A stretch of DNA of 64,000 nucleotides from an uncultured Verrucomicrobiae bacterium (GCA_963782115.1 CAWAIK010000001.1:768001-832000), one strand, 5' to 3'; shown: positions 22,155 through 32,679, counted from the first letter of the stretch. Program-made: numbers and translations. The notes: generated from the sequence alone by a model not told the origin.

Positions 22155-22299
22155 ACCCCATTATACGGGTAATCAGCTAAAAAAATAAGGCTTTTATAAG
22201 GCCGAAATAACGCTGTTTAGGGCTGTTTTGGGCGGTCTGGGGCTTTAACGATTACAGGATTTCTCCTATAGAGAGCGCATTTTCGAGGGAAAGAGAAAG

Positions 22300-22372
22300 G
22301 GTGGCCGACGGGATTTGAACCCGCAACGTCCGGAACCACAATCCGGGGCTCTACCGTTGAGCTACGACCACC
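22300..22372 (-). tRNA. tRNA-His(GTG)
   Basis: Cloverleaf GGTGGTCGTAGCTCAACGGTAGAGC...TTGTGGT...GGTTCAAATCC...CGGCCACC; G-1 encoded, CCA not encoded. Confidence 0.95.
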
Positions 22373-22588
22373 ATGCGAACGCGGAAGATGAAACTAGCGC
22401 AAGTTCGGATTCAGCCAAGCAGATTTTGAGCGGAAGGCGCCTGCCTTGCAGTTCGACATTTCCGTCCGCCGCCCAACCGATTGAGAATAATTGCAATCAC
22501 GTCTCGATCAACTATGATCCAGAGTTGATTTTAAATAGAGACCAATTTTCAGAGTCGCTGCGCCTGGGCGGGCCGGTGGAAGTGAGAT

Positions 22589-23797
22589 GTGGACGGACCA
22601 GATAAATCATTTCGATCTGCGGCTCTGATCCTGATTGGGGTCCTGGCCGTCTTCCCACTTTCAACCGAGCGAGCAGAGGCGCAGTTTTTGTCCCATGATC
22701 ATCCGCTTTCAGGCGGTGAAATCAAGATCGGGATGTCCAACGCGCAAACAGGTCGCATCGGCGCGTTGGGAATTCAAGTTCGGCAAGGATGCCAGGCTTA
22801 CTTTACGAGGGTAAATAAGGAAGGCGGAATTTCCGGCCGACGATTGATTTTAGTGGATTACGACGATCGATACGAACCGGTGGAGACGGTGAGCAACACC
22901 GAGCGCCTCATCGATCGGGATAAGGTCTTCGCGCTGCTGAACTTTCTCGGAACGCCCACCTGCCGGGCCATCCTTCCGATGGTCAACGAGGCCAACATTG
23001 TCCTAGTCGGCCCGATTTCCGGCGCACCAATTTTGCGGCAACCGATGCAGCGCTTGATTTTCAATACGCGCGCAAGTGACGAAGAGGAGGCTGAGACTCT
23101 GGTAGCCCATCTTGTTACAGACCTTGGTTGCAAAAGAATTGCCCTCTTTCGCCAGGATGACGCCTTTGGCGACGCTGGCCGGGTAGCGGTCATTGAAGCA
23201 TTGCGACGGCGAGGATTGGTGTTGGTGAGCGAGGGCGAATACGTCCGTAATTCGGTAAACGCGCCCGAGGCGCTTTATCATATCGCAAAGGCCAAACCGG
23301 ACGCGGTGGTCTTGTTTGGGACGTACAAGCCGTGCGCGGATTTAATTCGAGGAGCGAAACAATTGGGATTGAAGAACACGGTTTTTTGCAATGTTTCGTT
23401 CGTCGGAACGGAGCCGCTGATCAAATACCTGGCAGAGGATGGGGACGGAGTGATCATTTCCCAGGTGATGCCGTCTCCTGATGACGATTCCTTGCCGCTT
23501 GTTCACGATTACCAGGCGGACATGCGCGCTATTGGGCTGACGAATTTCAGTTATATGGGTCTGGAAGGGTACATGAACAGCGTTGTCCTGGTCGAAGGAT
23601 TGCGACGGGCCAGTCAAAATTTGACCGAGGATTCATTGGTTGATTCGCTGGAGCATCTGACGGTCGATTTCCGATCATTTGCGATTCATTTTTCTCCGGA
23701 AACCCGACAGGGCACTCACCAGGTCTTTCTTACGAAGGTCGACCATGGTCGGGCGGTACCGATCGGGAAATTAAATCCAGCTGACTTCGCAAAATGA
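22589..23797 (+). CDS. Periplasmic binding protein, type 1 (LivJ-like)
   Basis: Signal peptide; IKIGMS, GGISGRRL..DDRYEP, GTPT, QDDAFG, SFVG, SQVMP. Confidence 0.9.
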   Translation: MDGPDKSFRSAALILIGVLAVFPLSTERAEAQFLSHDHPLSGGEIKIGMSNAQTGRIGALGIQVRQGCQAYFTRVNKEGGISGRRLILVDYDDRYEPVETVSNTERLIDRDKVFALLNFLGTPTCRAILPMVNEANIVLVGPISGAPILRQPMQRLIFNTRASDEEEAETLVAHLVTDLGCKRIALFRQDDAFGDAGRVAVIEALRRRGLVLVSEGEYVRNSVNAPEALYHIAKAKPDAVVLFGTYKPCADLIRGAKQLGLKNTVFCNVSFVGTEPLIKYLAEDGDGVIISQVMPSPDDDSLPLVHDYQADMRAIGLTNFSYMGLEGYMNSVVLVEGLRRASQNLTEDSLVDSLEHLTVDFRSFAIHFSPETRQGTHQVFLTKVDHGRAVPIGKLNPADFAK

Positions 23798-26700
23798 GCC
23801 GCGGCGAAACGGGCATGCATACTGAGGCTCTAACGAAGGAGAGCGATGAATTGTTGGCCTCGCGTGGATTGACCATCCGATCGAAGCTGCTGCTTTTTAC
23901 GACAGGGATTGGCTTTCTGATCCTGGCGGCACTCGCGATTACGGCGTTTTTTTTATCGGCGATCGCACTTCGAAAGGCGAGATTGGACGGCTTCCAATCG
24001 CTGAGAACCTCTTTGTCCCAAGCAATCAACACGTTATTTGCTGAGCAACGTCGAGATGTGACCGCTCAGGCTGAATTGCAAACGGTTCGCTATGCTGTAA
24101 CCGAATTGTCATCCGGGTACGAGCATTTGATTGAAGACCTCGATGCCGCGGGTTTCAAAGTGGATCCGGTGTTCCTCAGCGAGATCCGCCAAAGTCTCCG
24201 TGAGGCCTATGAGCGCGGGCCGATGGCCGATTTGCAGAGTCTCGGTGAATCGGTGGGGGACTTCGACGAATTCAGTGACCTCAGCCCGGTTGCCTCGATT
24301 TTGCAATATGTTTACATCCTGAAAAATCCCGCAAGTCCGGGATTCAAATTCCAGAAAAACTCGGTGTTGGATATCTCGAAAAACGAGAATCTTCCCCCGG
24401 ATTTTCGGAACGCCTTTTCCAAAACGATGTTCGCTCGGGCGATGGACCGGTATCATGGATTGTTTGAGACGGTGGTCCGGCGAAACAGCTACTTCGATCT
24501 GATGTTAGTCGATGACCTCGGCAACGTCGTTTACACATTCGAAAAGGACTGGGATTTCGGGACGAACGTTTTCAAGGGCTGGCGATCACATTCACAGCTC
24601 AAGAAGGTGTTTATGGGCGCATGGTACGGATCCAGTCCTACCGCGGACCGTACTTTGGGTGATGACGTTGTGATAACCGATCTAGAACGTTATCCAGGAG
24701 CATACGGATCACCGATGCTGTTCTTGAGCTGTCCAATTAACAATCGGCTAGGCGGCCGATTGGGAGTTGTCGTTCACAAGATCGCCAGTAGCACGTTCAC
24801 TGATCTGGTCACCTTTCAAGGGCGTTGGTCCGCGGTCGGGCTTGGCGAAACCGGAGAAGCTTATATCGTGGGCCCGGACCTGAAGCTGCGGACAGAATCT
24901 CGTTTCGTAAAAGAGATGCCCGCCAAGATGAAGTCGTTGTCTTTCGAGCCGGACGGTGCACCTGGACCTCTGACAACGGTTCTCGGCGGACCGTTGCACA
25001 ACAAAGCGGTGGAGAATATCTATTCGGACCAAGTCTTATCGAACGAAGGCGAAGTAACATTCTTTGACGATATCGGCCGGGAATCGCTCGGGGTGTATGA
25101 GCAACTTGGGACTGCGGGCCTGGACTGGGGATTGGTCATTACCATCAGCACCGATGAAGCGTTCGCGCCGGCCGTTCACCTGACCCGGCTAATAGCGTTT
25201 GGCGGCTTTGTCATCTTGATCTTCGCAATTCTGGCCGCCCTTACATTTGGGCATCTCCTGTCCAGGCCGATCGTTCAATTGGTCAATACCGCGGAGAGAA
25301 TCGGGTCCGGCGACCTTGCGGCACGGGCGCCGATCTCCAGCAAGGATGAAATCGGATTTCTGGCGGAGCGGTTTAACTACATGATTGACCAACTCGAAGA
25401 GCGGAACCGCCATGTTCATAAGATCCTCGAGACGGTCAATGAGGGCTTGTTCCTGATGGGTCCCGATTTCATCATTCAAGCCGGCTACTCCAAAATCACC
25501 GAGGCTATCTTTCAGCGGAAAATTGATGGCATCTCCTTCCTCGATCTTTTCCGTCCGGCTCCGGAATCAGGGCTTCAGCCGATCGTCAGCGATGAAACAT
25601 TAGTAGCAACCCAGCATTATCTTGAGCTCCTCCTAAACCCTCGCATCAAGGAAAAGCTGATTCAGCAGACCAACCCCTTGGTTGAAATCGAGTATAAGGT
25701 GCTTCGGCCGAACGGGGCACAGCATGGCAAGTTTTTGGAATTTAGATTTAACCGGGTGGTCGAAGGGGGCAAAACGACACAGATCATGGTGACGGTGCTC
25801 GATTCAACCTCTCGCATCGCCCTGACCCGGCAAATCACGGAGAACGAGACAAAGGCTAAATCTCAGATTGAAATGCTATTTGGAATCATGCACTTGGATC
25901 CCCCGATTCTTGCAGAGTTTTTGAATCACGCCAAGTCCGAGGTAACCGTGATGCTCAATCTTTTGGAGGCGGAGCAATTTGGGAGTCACGCCGGTGAGTC
26001 GGGCAGCGAGCGCTCCGACCGATACCTGAGGTTGCTGCAAAAAATCTCGAGATCGATTCATTTGATCAAAGGAAACGCGGCAATGCTTCGGCTTTCGTAT
26101 TTTGAAGATCTGGCAAACCGGCTCGAGGAAAAGATTGCCACGGTGCGAGGCGGATCGCCGCTTAGTGGAGAACAATTCTTGCCGATTACGACCGGTTTGG
26201 CGTCGCTCCTGGACCAGATTGGCATGACCCACGATTTGATCAGCCGGCTGCTATCAATGCAAAAGGTCTTCGGAAAAGATGCCGGAGAAAGCGGTCAGAC
26301 CGATTTCGCGCCGCTTGTCGAGCTCGCGGAAGAGGTTGCGCAGCGCAATGGAAAACAGGTTCGAGTTGATCTTCAGATTAAGGATGGTCTTGCTCGTTTG
26401 CCGAATCCTTTGCGTGAGCCAATCCAGATGATGATGACCCAATTGGTCAGAAACGCCGTCCTCCACGGAATTGAATCCCCTTCTGAACGGCTGGCTGAGA
26501 GAAAACATCCAGTTGGTGATATACAGATTTACGCTTATCGCCTCACCGAGGATGAGAGAAAAATTATTTTGGCCGTGCGTGACGACGGACGTGGGATTGA
26601 CTATCAATTAATGCGACGTCGTGCTGTACAATTGGGTTATGCTAGCGTGAAAAGTATCGAAGCTTGGACACAACAGCAGTTAAATAATCTTTTGTTCGAA

Positions 26701-26859
26701 ACCGGCTTCACTACCATGGACCGGCCGACGATGGATGGAGGTCGCGGTGTCGGACTGGATGCCGTGAGAGATTTGACCGCAAAAATGGGCGGCTTGCTGA
26801 ATGTTTCCTCCAAACAAGGTCAATTTTGTGAGTTCCGATTAGAAATCCCGGTGGCATGA
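23794..26859 (+). CDS. Membrane sensor kinase: TM-Cache-TM-HAMP-PAS-Hpt-CheA-type HATPase
   Basis: Two TM segments, GLGETGEAYIVG Cache motif, DEIGFLAERFN HAMP, IHLIKG Hpt, LVRNAVLHGIE, DDGRG, GRGVGLD. No CheW-like P5 domain. Confidence 0.85.
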   Translation: MSRGETGMHTEALTKESDELLASRGLTIRSKLLLFTTGIGFLILAALAITAFFLSAIALRKARLDGFQSLRTSLSQAINTLFAEQRRDVTAQAELQTVRYAVTELSSGYEHLIEDLDAAGFKVDPVFLSEIRQSLREAYERGPMADLQSLGESVGDFDEFSDLSPVASILQYVYILKNPASPGFKFQKNSVLDISKNENLPPDFRNAFSKTMFARAMDRYHGLFETVVRRNSYFDLMLVDDLGNVVYTFEKDWDFGTNVFKGWRSHSQLKKVFMGAWYGSSPTADRTLGDDVVITDLERYPGAYGSPMLFLSCPINNRLGGRLGVVVHKIASSTFTDLVTFQGRWSAVGLGETGEAYIVGPDLKLRTESRFVKEMPAKMKSLSFEPDGAPGPLTTVLGGPLHNKAVENIYSDQVLSNEGEVTFFDDIGRESLGVYEQLGTAGLDWGLVITISTDEAFAPAVHLTRLIAFGGFVILIFAILAALTFGHLLSRPIVQLVNTAERIGSGDLAARAPISSKDEIGFLAERFNYMIDQLEERNRHVHKILETVNEGLFLMGPDFIIQAGYSKITEAIFQRKIDGISFLDLFRPAPESGLQPIVSDETLVATQHYLELLLNPRIKEKLIQQTNPLVEIEYKVLRPNGAQHGKFLEFRFNRVVEGGKTTQIMVTVLDSTSRIALTRQITENETKAKSQIEMLFGIMHLDPPILAEFLNHAKSEVTVMLNLLEAEQFGSHAGESGSERSDRYLRLLQKISRSIHLIKGNAAMLRLSYFEDLANRLEEKIATVRGGSPLSGEQFLPITTGLASLLDQIGMTHDLISRLLSMQKVFGKDAGESGQTDFAPLVELAEEVAQRNGKQVRVDLQIKDGLARLPNPLREPIQMMMTQLVRNAVLHGIESPSERLAERKHPVGDIQIYAYRLTEDERKIILAVRDDGRGIDYQLMRRRAVQLGYASVKSIEAWTQQQLNNLLFETGFTTMDRPTMDGGRGVGLDAVRDLTAKMGGLLNVSSKQGQFCEFRLEIPVA

Positions 26860-27215
26860 AACTTCTTATCGTTGATGACTCGAGCGTTGTTCGAAGAGCA
26901 ATTGAGCGAGATCTGGAATCTGGGGATATCACGGAGGTAGATCAAGCCGCCACCGGGGAAGACGCAGTGAGATTGTACGGGACCAAACTGCACGATGTGG
27001 TAACTCTGGATATCACCATGCCGGGTATGGACGGTTTGACCTGCCTGGACAAGATAATCGAGATCAACCCTGAGGCGCGGGTGCTGATTATTTCGGCTTT
27101 GCGGGATAAAGCCACGGCGATCGATGCCATCAAGAGGGGAGCCAGCGGCTTTCTTTGCAAACCGATTAATCCATCGGAATTGAAGGAGGCATTCGAGTTG
27201 CTCATCGAGGACTGA
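26856..27215 (+). CDS. Single-domain response regulator (CheY-like)
   Basis: IVDDS, TLDITMPGMDG, KP. Confidence 0.9.
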   Translation: MKLLIVDDSSVVRRAIERDLESGDITEVDQAATGEDAVRLYGTKLHDVVTLDITMPGMDGLTCLDKIIEINPEARVLIISALRDKATAIDAIKRGASGFLCKPINPSELKEAFELLIED

Positions 27216-27221
27216 CGCGAC

Positions 27222-27668
27222 ATGAACGACGAAGATATCCAGGTATTTATCACCGGTGTCCGGCGATATTTTGAATCCCTGAGGAAGGATCTTAAGGTCG
27301 TTATTGAACCGCCATTCATCAAGGACGAAGAGAAGCCGTTTCTGGAATATACCGGGATCATCGGCATTTCGGGTAAAGCGCGAGGCGCGGTTTGTTTTAC
27401 TGCGAATAGTGTGATGCTGGAAAATATTCTGCGGTTCCTCAATGAAGCTCCAATCAATGGTGAACTAATTTGCGACCTTGTAGGAGAAATTGCCAACACG
27501 CTGAGCGGAAACGCCCGCGAGGAGTTCGGTCGAGACTTTTTAATATCGGTCCCGATCGTTTCTACTGGCGGCAACGTCCGTTTTCAATTTCCGCAGGATA
27601 GCCGCAATTACGTGATTCCGATCATCTGGCAGGAAGAAAAGGCGTATTTGCTGGTCTGTCTAACCTGA
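27222..27668 (+). CDS. cheX: CheX-family phosphatase
   Basis: YTGIIGISG, DLVGEIANTLSGN, ISVP. Confidence 0.85.
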   Translation: MNDEDIQVFITGVRRYFESLRKDLKVVIEPPFIKDEEKPFLEYTGIIGISGKARGAVCFTANSVMLENILRFLNEAPINGELICDLVGEIANTLSGNAREEFGRDFLISVPIVSTGGNVRFQFPQDSRNYVIPIIWQEEKAYLLVCLT

Positions 27669-28050
27669 AAAATTTAGTCGGAAAAGCGTGCAATTTCTTC
27701 GAGGTGCGACTATTCCAAGGCTGCGATGCCAGGAAACAGGAGTTGCCCTACCCCAGGGGTTTTGTTCGTATTTAAACGTTAAATCCCACACTGCAAACGA
27801 CTTGCGCAGCGAGACTGGAGAAGGAATCGTTCCTGACGCACCAAGGATTTCTTTCGTCTCATAAAATGACGGAGAAAGTTAGAAACTTTTGAACAGCGGA
27901 GAACGTAGCCTGTCTATATTCTTCGGTTAAGGCGATTCGGGTTTGCGCACGGATCTCTCGACTTCTACTCCTTGGCGTGCGCAGCCCGGATCATTTTTTT
28001 TTGACCGACCTTGATGGTCCGGGAGCCATTAGTGTACTCTGAGGGTTCGA

Positions 28051-28740
28051 ATGGCTGATACAATTCTCGTTGTCGAAGATGAACCCGATGTCGTTGACTT
28101 GATCCGATACCATCTTCGGCGGGCGGGTTTTGATGTGCTGACTGCTTTGAACGGTCCGGCCGGCCTGGCAACCGCCGCTGAATCTCGACCCGATGCGATT
28201 GTCCTTGATATCATGTTGCCTCAGATGACCGGTATCGAAGTCTGCAAGGCTCTGCGCGAGACGGACGAAACCACGGATATTCCGATCCTGATTCTCACTG
28301 CCAAGGCCGAGATTTCAGACCGGATTGCGGGCCTTGAGCTGGGAGTGGACGATTATATCACGAAACCGTTCAGCCCGCGCGAGTTGGTTTTGCGCGTCCA
28401 AAACTTGCTCCGGCGGCTGCGAGTGGTGCGGAATTCGTCTGTTCTGATCGCGGATGAATTCTGTGTGGACAAGGGGAAACTGGAGATCACCATCCGCGGC
28501 AGGCGGTTGGATCTCACGACCACGGAATTCAAACTGCTCGCCGCGCTGGTTGAGCATAGAGGCAGAACTCTCTCCAGAGAAACTCTTTTGCAGGATGTTT
28601 GGGGTTATAAAAATGCAATCGATACTCGTACGGTCGATACGCATGTCAGACGGCTTCGTGAAAAGCTGGGACAGGCTGCCGATCGAATTGTTACGATGCG
28701 AGGCGAGGGCTATAGATTTCTCATTAATCACTCAGTGTGA
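28051..28740 (+). CDS. OmpR/PhoB-family response regulator (PhoB-like)
   Basis: Receiver domain plus winged helix TRTVDTHVRRLREKL. Confidence 0.9.
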   Translation: MADTILVVEDEPDVVDLIRYHLRRAGFDVLTALNGPAGLATAAESRPDAIVLDIMLPQMTGIEVCKALRETDETTDIPILILTAKAEISDRIAGLELGVDDYITKPFSPRELVLRVQNLLRRLRVVRNSSVLIADEFCVDKGKLEITIRGRRLDLTTTEFKLLAALVEHRGRTLSRETLLQDVWGYKNAIDTRTVDTHVRRLREKLGQAADRIVTMRGEGYRFLINHSV

Positions 28741-30014
28741 TAATTGGGTGGTTGATTGTCTGGCTCGTCTTGTTAGGCATTCTCAGCCTGGTGGCAATCA
28801 CTCTTTGGCGGCGCCTTCTGCTCTTGCGCCGCGAAGTCCGGAGCCTGCTTGTGGACGGAACACTTTCTCATCAAGTTGCGTCTCCCCGCATCGTGCAGGA
28901 AATTCATGACGACTTGAAGGAGATCGCGCGCCAACAGCGACAGAATGCGCGACACCTCGCGGACGAGGATTTCAGCCTGCGGGCTATCCTGGCAAGCATG
29001 GTGGAGGGTGTTCTGATCGCGGATAGCAACCTGGAGATCCGACTGGTGAATGAACGTCTCCAACAGATGTTCTCTTTACCCAAGTCCCCGATCGACCGCA
29101 CGGTGATGGAAGCCTTCCGCAACCACCTCGTGCACCAGGTAATTCGGCAATCGCTCGATACAGGGGAACCGCAATCGGCAGAATTACAAGCGGAGATCAG
29201 GGACGGAGACCAGTTCCAGCTGAAACATTTTCAAATAACCTCCGTCAGTCTTCGTCCGCGTGAGCCGGAGTCGCTGACCCGAGCGTTGGTGATTTTTCAC
29301 GACGTCAGCCAGATCCGGTCGTTAGAGGCGGTCCGGAAAGAATTTGTGGCGAATGTCTCCCACGAGCTGCGAACCCCTCTATCAATTATTACTGGCTATC
29401 TTGAAACGCTCATCGACGGGGGGGGTGATCGGGAGACCAATCTCCGCTTTCTGCGGACGATGCACAAACATGCTCAGCGGCTGAATCTGCTGATCGAAGA
29501 TCTTCTTACGCTATCCCAATTGGAGTCCCGGAAAATCAGTCTCCATCTCGAGCCGGTGGATCTGTCGAAAAGCATTGATCGGGTTCTGGAGCAGTTGGAT
29601 TCGCGTATTCGTGAGAGCGGCGCGGCAGTGACGACTGCCGTTCAGCAGCATCTGCCGCGAATCGAGGTCGATGCGTTCCGAATCGAGCAGGCACTTTACA
29701 ATCTGCTGGACAATGCTCTGAGGCATAGCGGCAAACCAGGAGCCAAAATCATCGTGGAAGTTCGCAGCGAGGCAACGGCCATTATGGTGAGCATCCGCGA
29801 CGATGGCGTCGGTATCCCATTGAGCGACCAACCGCACATCTTCGAGCGTTTTTACCGTGTCCATAAAGACAGATCGCGAGACGCAGGCGGTACCGGCCTT
29901 GGTCTATCAATAGTCAAACACACGGTGCAAGCACACGGAGGATCGATCGCGGTCCAAAGCAGCCCAGGCGCAGGAGCAACTTTTGTGATGAGTCTCCCTC
30001 TCAGCCAGAACTGA
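28737..30014 (+). CDS. PhoR-like sensor histidine kinase
   Basis: PAS; EFVANVSHELRTPL; IFERFYRV..RSR..GGTGLGLSIVKH. Confidence 0.9.
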   Translation: MIIGWLIVWLVLLGILSLVAITLWRRLLLLRREVRSLLVDGTLSHQVASPRIVQEIHDDLKEIARQQRQNARHLADEDFSLRAILASMVEGVLIADSNLEIRLVNERLQQMFSLPKSPIDRTVMEAFRNHLVHQVIRQSLDTGEPQSAELQAEIRDGDQFQLKHFQITSVSLRPREPESLTRALVIFHDVSQIRSLEAVRKEFVANVSHELRTPLSIITGYLETLIDGGGDRETNLRFLRTMHKHAQRLNLLIEDLLTLSQLESRKISLHLEPVDLSKSIDRVLEQLDSRIRESGAAVTTAVQQHLPRIEVDAFRIEQALYNLLDNALRHSGKPGAKIIVEVRSEATAIMVSIRDDGVGIPLSDQPHIFERFYRVHKDRSRDAGGTGLGLSIVKHTVQAHGGSIAVQSSPGAGATFVMSLPLSQN

Positions 30015-30168
30015 CAAAGGATAGCAGCAGAGTGCATCGGCGGTCGGATCTTACGAAACTAAAGCAAGGCGTTTTCGCGTTGCTTTGTCAAAGCCGCGCA
30101 AACCGGGAATGGTTCGCCTGTCATCTCCGCGGATACGCTCCGCCGCAGGCCTATGCTACATTGTCGAC

Positions 30169-31002
30169 GTGCAAACCCCAAAGCTGGATCCAGTCGATAT
30201 CGCTCTCGCCGAAGATGTCGGCAGCGGCGACCTGACCTCCCTCTTTTTTATCCCGGAGACGCGTGTTTGCAAGGGGCGGATTTTCGCGAAGGAAGCCTGC
30301 GTAATTGCCGGGGTGGAGGTTGTTCAAAGAATTTACCGCAAGCTCGATCCGCGCCTGGAGATTCTCATCTTGAGGCAGGATGGATCTGTCGTGAAACCAG
30401 GCGAAACGGTGATCGAATTGTCGGGTTTAACCCGAACTATTCTGACCGGCGAGCGCGTTGCTCTGAACTTCATTCAGCGTCTTTCGGCCGTCGCAACGTT
30501 GACAGCTCGGTTCGTTGAGGCTGTGCATGGCACGCAAGTCACAATTCTGGATACGAGAAAGACCACCCCTGGCCTTCGCGCCCTGGAAAAAGCCGCGGTA
30601 AAGGCCGGCGGAGGACAGAATCATCGGATGGGTCTCTTCGACGGGGTCATGGTGAAGGACAATCATCTCCTGGCCAAACCGGAACTTCAGAAGGCAATAC
30701 TTTCGATTCGCGCGATCTATCCCAAAATCTTGATTGAAGTGGAAGCTGATTCCGTTGATCAGGCGCGCGACTTTGTAAATCTGCAGGGGATCGACGTGAT
30801 CCTGCTCGACAACATGTCTCCAGATCAGTTGCGTACGTGCGTGTCACTGAGAAAGCCAGGCCTCAAATTTGAAGCCAGTGGTGGTGTCTCTCTGGCGACC
30901 GTCCGCCAGATCGCTGAGACCGGCGTCGATTTTATTTCGGTCGGCCAACTGACCCATTCCGCCAGGGCAATCGATTTCTCTCTGGAGTTATGGGATGCGT
31001 GA
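30169..31002 (+). CDS. nadC: Nicotinate-nucleotide diphosphorylase (carboxylating)
   Basis: DTRKTTPG, NHRMGL, KDNH, LDNM, EASGG, LTHSA. Confidence 0.95.
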   Translation: MQTPKLDPVDIALAEDVGSGDLTSLFFIPETRVCKGRIFAKEACVIAGVEVVQRIYRKLDPRLEILILRQDGSVVKPGETVIELSGLTRTILTGERVALNFIQRLSAVATLTARFVEAVHGTQVTILDTRKTTPGLRALEKAAVKAGGGQNHRMGLFDGVMVKDNHLLAKPELQKAILSIRAIYPKILIEVEADSVDQARDFVNLQGIDVILLDNMSPDQLRTCVSLRKPGLKFEASGGVSLATVRQIAETGVDFISVGQLTHSARAIDFSLELWDA

Positions 31003-31792
31003 CCCGAGAGAAATCGAACTGTTTCGGCGGTTGCTGCCGGCCGGGCGAGTGATTGAACTCACGGAATTGTTGGAACAAACAGGCATCGGATCTCATGAGC
31101 TACCGGTTTTCATTGAATGTCTTCAGCAATGTGGATTCGTTTTTCGCCGAACCGAAAAAACAATCGGCGTCGTCAAGGAGCCGGAATCCCTGCTTCCTGA
31201 GATGATCCTGGCGGGACTTCAGACAAGAACGATCGGTCGAGACGTTTTGATTTTTCGGGAAACGTCCTCCACGAATGATCGGGCCCGCCAAGCTGGTCTC
31301 GCCGGCGCCGGCGAAGGTCTCGTGATCTTCGCCGAAAGCCAGACCGGCGGCCGGGGGACTCGTGGCCGAAAATGGGTGTCAACCGCGGGCGCCGGCCTTT
31401 GGTTTTCGATTCTCCTCCGCACGCGATTCCCAGCCGGCCAATGGCCGCTGCTGGTCCAGATGGCCGCTGTCGCCTGTGCCGACGCCATCGAAAAATGGGT
31501 CGAGCAAACGGTGCGGATCAGGCCGCCCAATGATCTGATGCTGGGCGGCGGCAAGTTGGCTGGATTCCTGCTCGAAACATCCAGTACCTGGGATTTTCAA
31601 ATTCTGGGGATCGGGCTGAACGTGCGATCGGCGCCGGTCATTGAGGGGTATCCCACTGTCGCACTCGAACAGTTTACTCGAGATCGGGTCTCCAGGGCCG
31701 CCTTGGCGGCTGACCTGCTCAACCACCTCGAAGACTGGTATCTCAAAAAGCCGTTGGCAGAAATGTCCTCTGCGTTCGAGCGCCGCCTTTAA
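30995..31792 (+). CDS. birA: Biotin-[acetyl-CoA carboxylase] ligase
   Basis: SSTND, AESQTGGRGTRGRKW, PND, KLAG, GIGLN. Confidence 0.85.
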   Translation: MRDPREIELFRRLLPAGRVIELTELLEQTGIGSHELPVFIECLQQCGFVFRRTEKTIGVVKEPESLLPEMILAGLQTRTIGRDVLIFRETSSTNDRARQAGLAGAGEGLVIFAESQTGGRGTRGRKWVSTAGAGLWFSILLRTRFPAGQWPLLVQMAAVACADAIEKWVEQTVRIRPPNDLMLGGGKLAGFLLETSSTWDFQILGIGLNVRSAPVIEGYPTVALEQFTRDRVSRAALAADLLNHLEDWYLKKPLAEMSSAFERRL

Positions 31793-32004
31793 GCGCACCT
31801 CGGGAATTTTTGGAAAAAGGTGCTTGGTGCCTACGACTTCGCCTTAATTTGTCTAGATTCGCGCCGCCGGGTTGGAAGGGAACATGCTATCACGGTTTAG
31901 CGCTTTGATTTAAATTAAAGAGGTCGTAGTTTTTCAGAGAAGTCGTAGTTTTGCCAGGGGCTAGGTATTCAAGCGTTCATAAATCATTAAGTGGGAGTTC
32001 GTTT

Positions 32005-32679
32005 GTGGAGGAGAAGGTACAGCCGACTAACGTGCATGCAGAAAATTATCCGGCAGACTACTATGCTTCATTGCTGGTGGGACTGATCCACAAACTAAAC
32101 AACGTGATCACTGTTCTCACGGGGCACTCCGGTTTATTGCTTCTCGAGCCGGATCTCAAAGCAGAAGTTTTACAGCCCGTTCAACAAATGTCTCGAGCGG
32201 CTCAGCTTTTGTCCCAATGTCTCGACGAAGCCGCTTCCATGAGCCGAGTCACGCCGCTTTCTCCGGAGTCGGTTGCACTATCTGAAGTCTTCGAGCGGGT
32301 AGAATCTCCTCGCGGCTTGTCGATTGTGAAACAGTACGACGAGCAAATGAAGGTTCAGGTCGATCTCCGGAAAGCGAAAGAAATTTTCGAGCATATCCTT
32401 CGCAATGCCAGTGAAGCGAGCGCGAAAGCTGTTGTTGTCACCGCGCAGGCGCATTCCGGGTTGGTTGACCTGAAATTCAGGGACAACGGGCAGGGCATTA
32501 AGACGGAAGTGATGCGACGAGCCTTTGACCCTTTTTTCACCACCCGCAGGCAACGGGATCAATTTGGTCTGGGTCTATTCAAAGCGAGGGGTGACCTGGC
32601 GCGGATGAATGGCAGAATCTTTGCCGAGAGTGACGGAAAGAGTTACACAGAGATGATTGTGGAATTGCCCGCCGGGTAA
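32005..32679 (+). CDS. Small cytoplasmic histidine kinase-like protein
   Basis: HKLNN H-box, RNA N-box, DNGQG, FDPFFTT, GLGL; no sensor domain. Confidence 0.75.
   Translation: MEEKVQPTNVHAENYPADYYASLLVGLIHKLNNVITVLTGHSGLLLLEPDLKAEVLQPVQQMSRAAQLLSQCLDEAASMSRVTPLSPESVALSEVFERVESPRGLSIVKQYDEQMKVQVDLRKAKEIFEHILRNASEASAKAVVVTAQAHSGLVDLKFRDNGQGIKTEVMRRAFDPFFTTRRQRDQFGLGLFKARGDLARMNGRIFAESDGKSYTEMIVELPAG

Noticed and set aside
22315..22605. 96-aa ORF
   Set aside because: Antisense to tRNA-His; spurious.
27670..28050. Pho box or riboswitch upstream of the phoB-like gene
   Set aside because: No convincing CTGTCAT direct repeat or recognisable aptamer.
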